A stretch of 64,000 nt of DNA from Blastocatellia bacterium (GTDB lineage: Bacteria; Acidobacteriota; Blastocatellia; UBA7656): contig CAVXWP010000012.1 in the NCBI GenBank assembly GCA_963765495.1, forward strand, positions 149,097 to 213,096, read 5' to 3'. The notes beneath the pieces were generated by a model. The model saw only the letters and a list, made by a program, of their open reading frames with translations, was not told the DNA's origin and made no database searches. Within the stretch, counting starts at the first letter, position 1. Every line of letters begins with the position of its first letter. Shown one piece after another: positions 63,805 to 64,000 of the stretch. The position numbers and the translations under genes are program-made.

Positions 63805-64000
63805 GCGTTACATCTTGTCGGTTCAATCCTGCACATATTCTTCGAGCAAGCCGCGCCAGGAGTTCGTTGCTTTTCACCGAGAGCCTTTCGACTTGCGCGG
63901 CGGAGTGATTGTAACAGTATTGCTTGAAGACAGGTACTCTTCTCTGCGTGATTGACGATCAGTGTGCTTCATCGTCACGGATCACCTTCCAGCGCGCTTA

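Larger units (their letters stand above)
55207..64000. mobile_element. Integrative element/genomic island at the tRNA-Lys 3' end, right boundary not seen
   Basis: Integrase pointing at the tRNA, XRE repressor, divergent small genes, lower GC, attC array; I saw no duplicated tRNA 3' end in the window. Confidence 0.75.
62072..64000 (-). mobile_element. Run of seven gene-less integron cassettes (A 62072-62348, B 62349-62625, C 62626-62887, D 62888-63163, E 63164-63443, F 63444-63724, G 63725->64000)
   Basis: 262-281-bp units delimited by attC crossover points; no reading frame conserved across units. Confidence 0.85.

Noticed and set aside
62204-63894. Diversity-generating retroelement explaining the variable 38-mers
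   Set aside because: No reverse transcriptase in the window, and the differences are not confined to adenines of one template.
62037-63908. ORF-track ORFs in the short cassettes, plus a 44-aa ORF (62963-63097, minus) ending in the attC TAA and a 32-aa ORF (62221-62319, minus)
   Set aside because: Most cross attC sites. The equivalent frames in sibling cassettes contain stops or frameshifts, so no coding frame is conserved. Translation of an individual peptide cannot be fully excluded.
62066-64000. Repeat-spacer pattern as a CRISPR array
   Set aside because: Repeats are ~86-bp imperfect palindromes with RYYYAAC/GTTRRRY ends (attC), the intervening segments are ~190 bp and homologous to each other, and no cas genes are present.

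Overview
GC-rich bacterial chromosome segment; gene content and intergenic repeat style suggest Acidobacteriota, which is an inference. Bases 1-55100 are mostly ordinary: a beta-mannan utilisation cluster, fmt, miaA, M16 and S46 peptidases, gntK-tal-zwf, a SurA/PpiD-like chaperone, speA plus a degenerate DHS-like gene, cobB-larC-folE-metG, a DUF4331-TPR-Ni/Co transporter cluster, an sbcD-like gene divergent from ruvB, and a di-heme cytochrome/beta-helix fusion. Many intergenic gaps hold palindromes built from 7-9-mer tandem repeats, and there is a candidate sRNA at ~35870-36000. From tRNA-Lys(CTT) at 55134 to the window end lies an integrative element (tyrosine integrase, XRE repressor, small phage/plasmid-like genes) joined to a minus-strand integron-type cassette array. 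The array has 9 complete ~86-bp attC sites plus 2 partial ones. Three cassettes carry genes (Mrr-like nuclease, SAM methyltransferase, wHTH protein). Seven ~260-280-bp cassettes lack a conserved ORF and share a GCCGCGC-N38/39-GCGCGGC stem with a fixed-length variable core; this gene-less family is the most unusual signal. No IntI and no attR are visible in the window.
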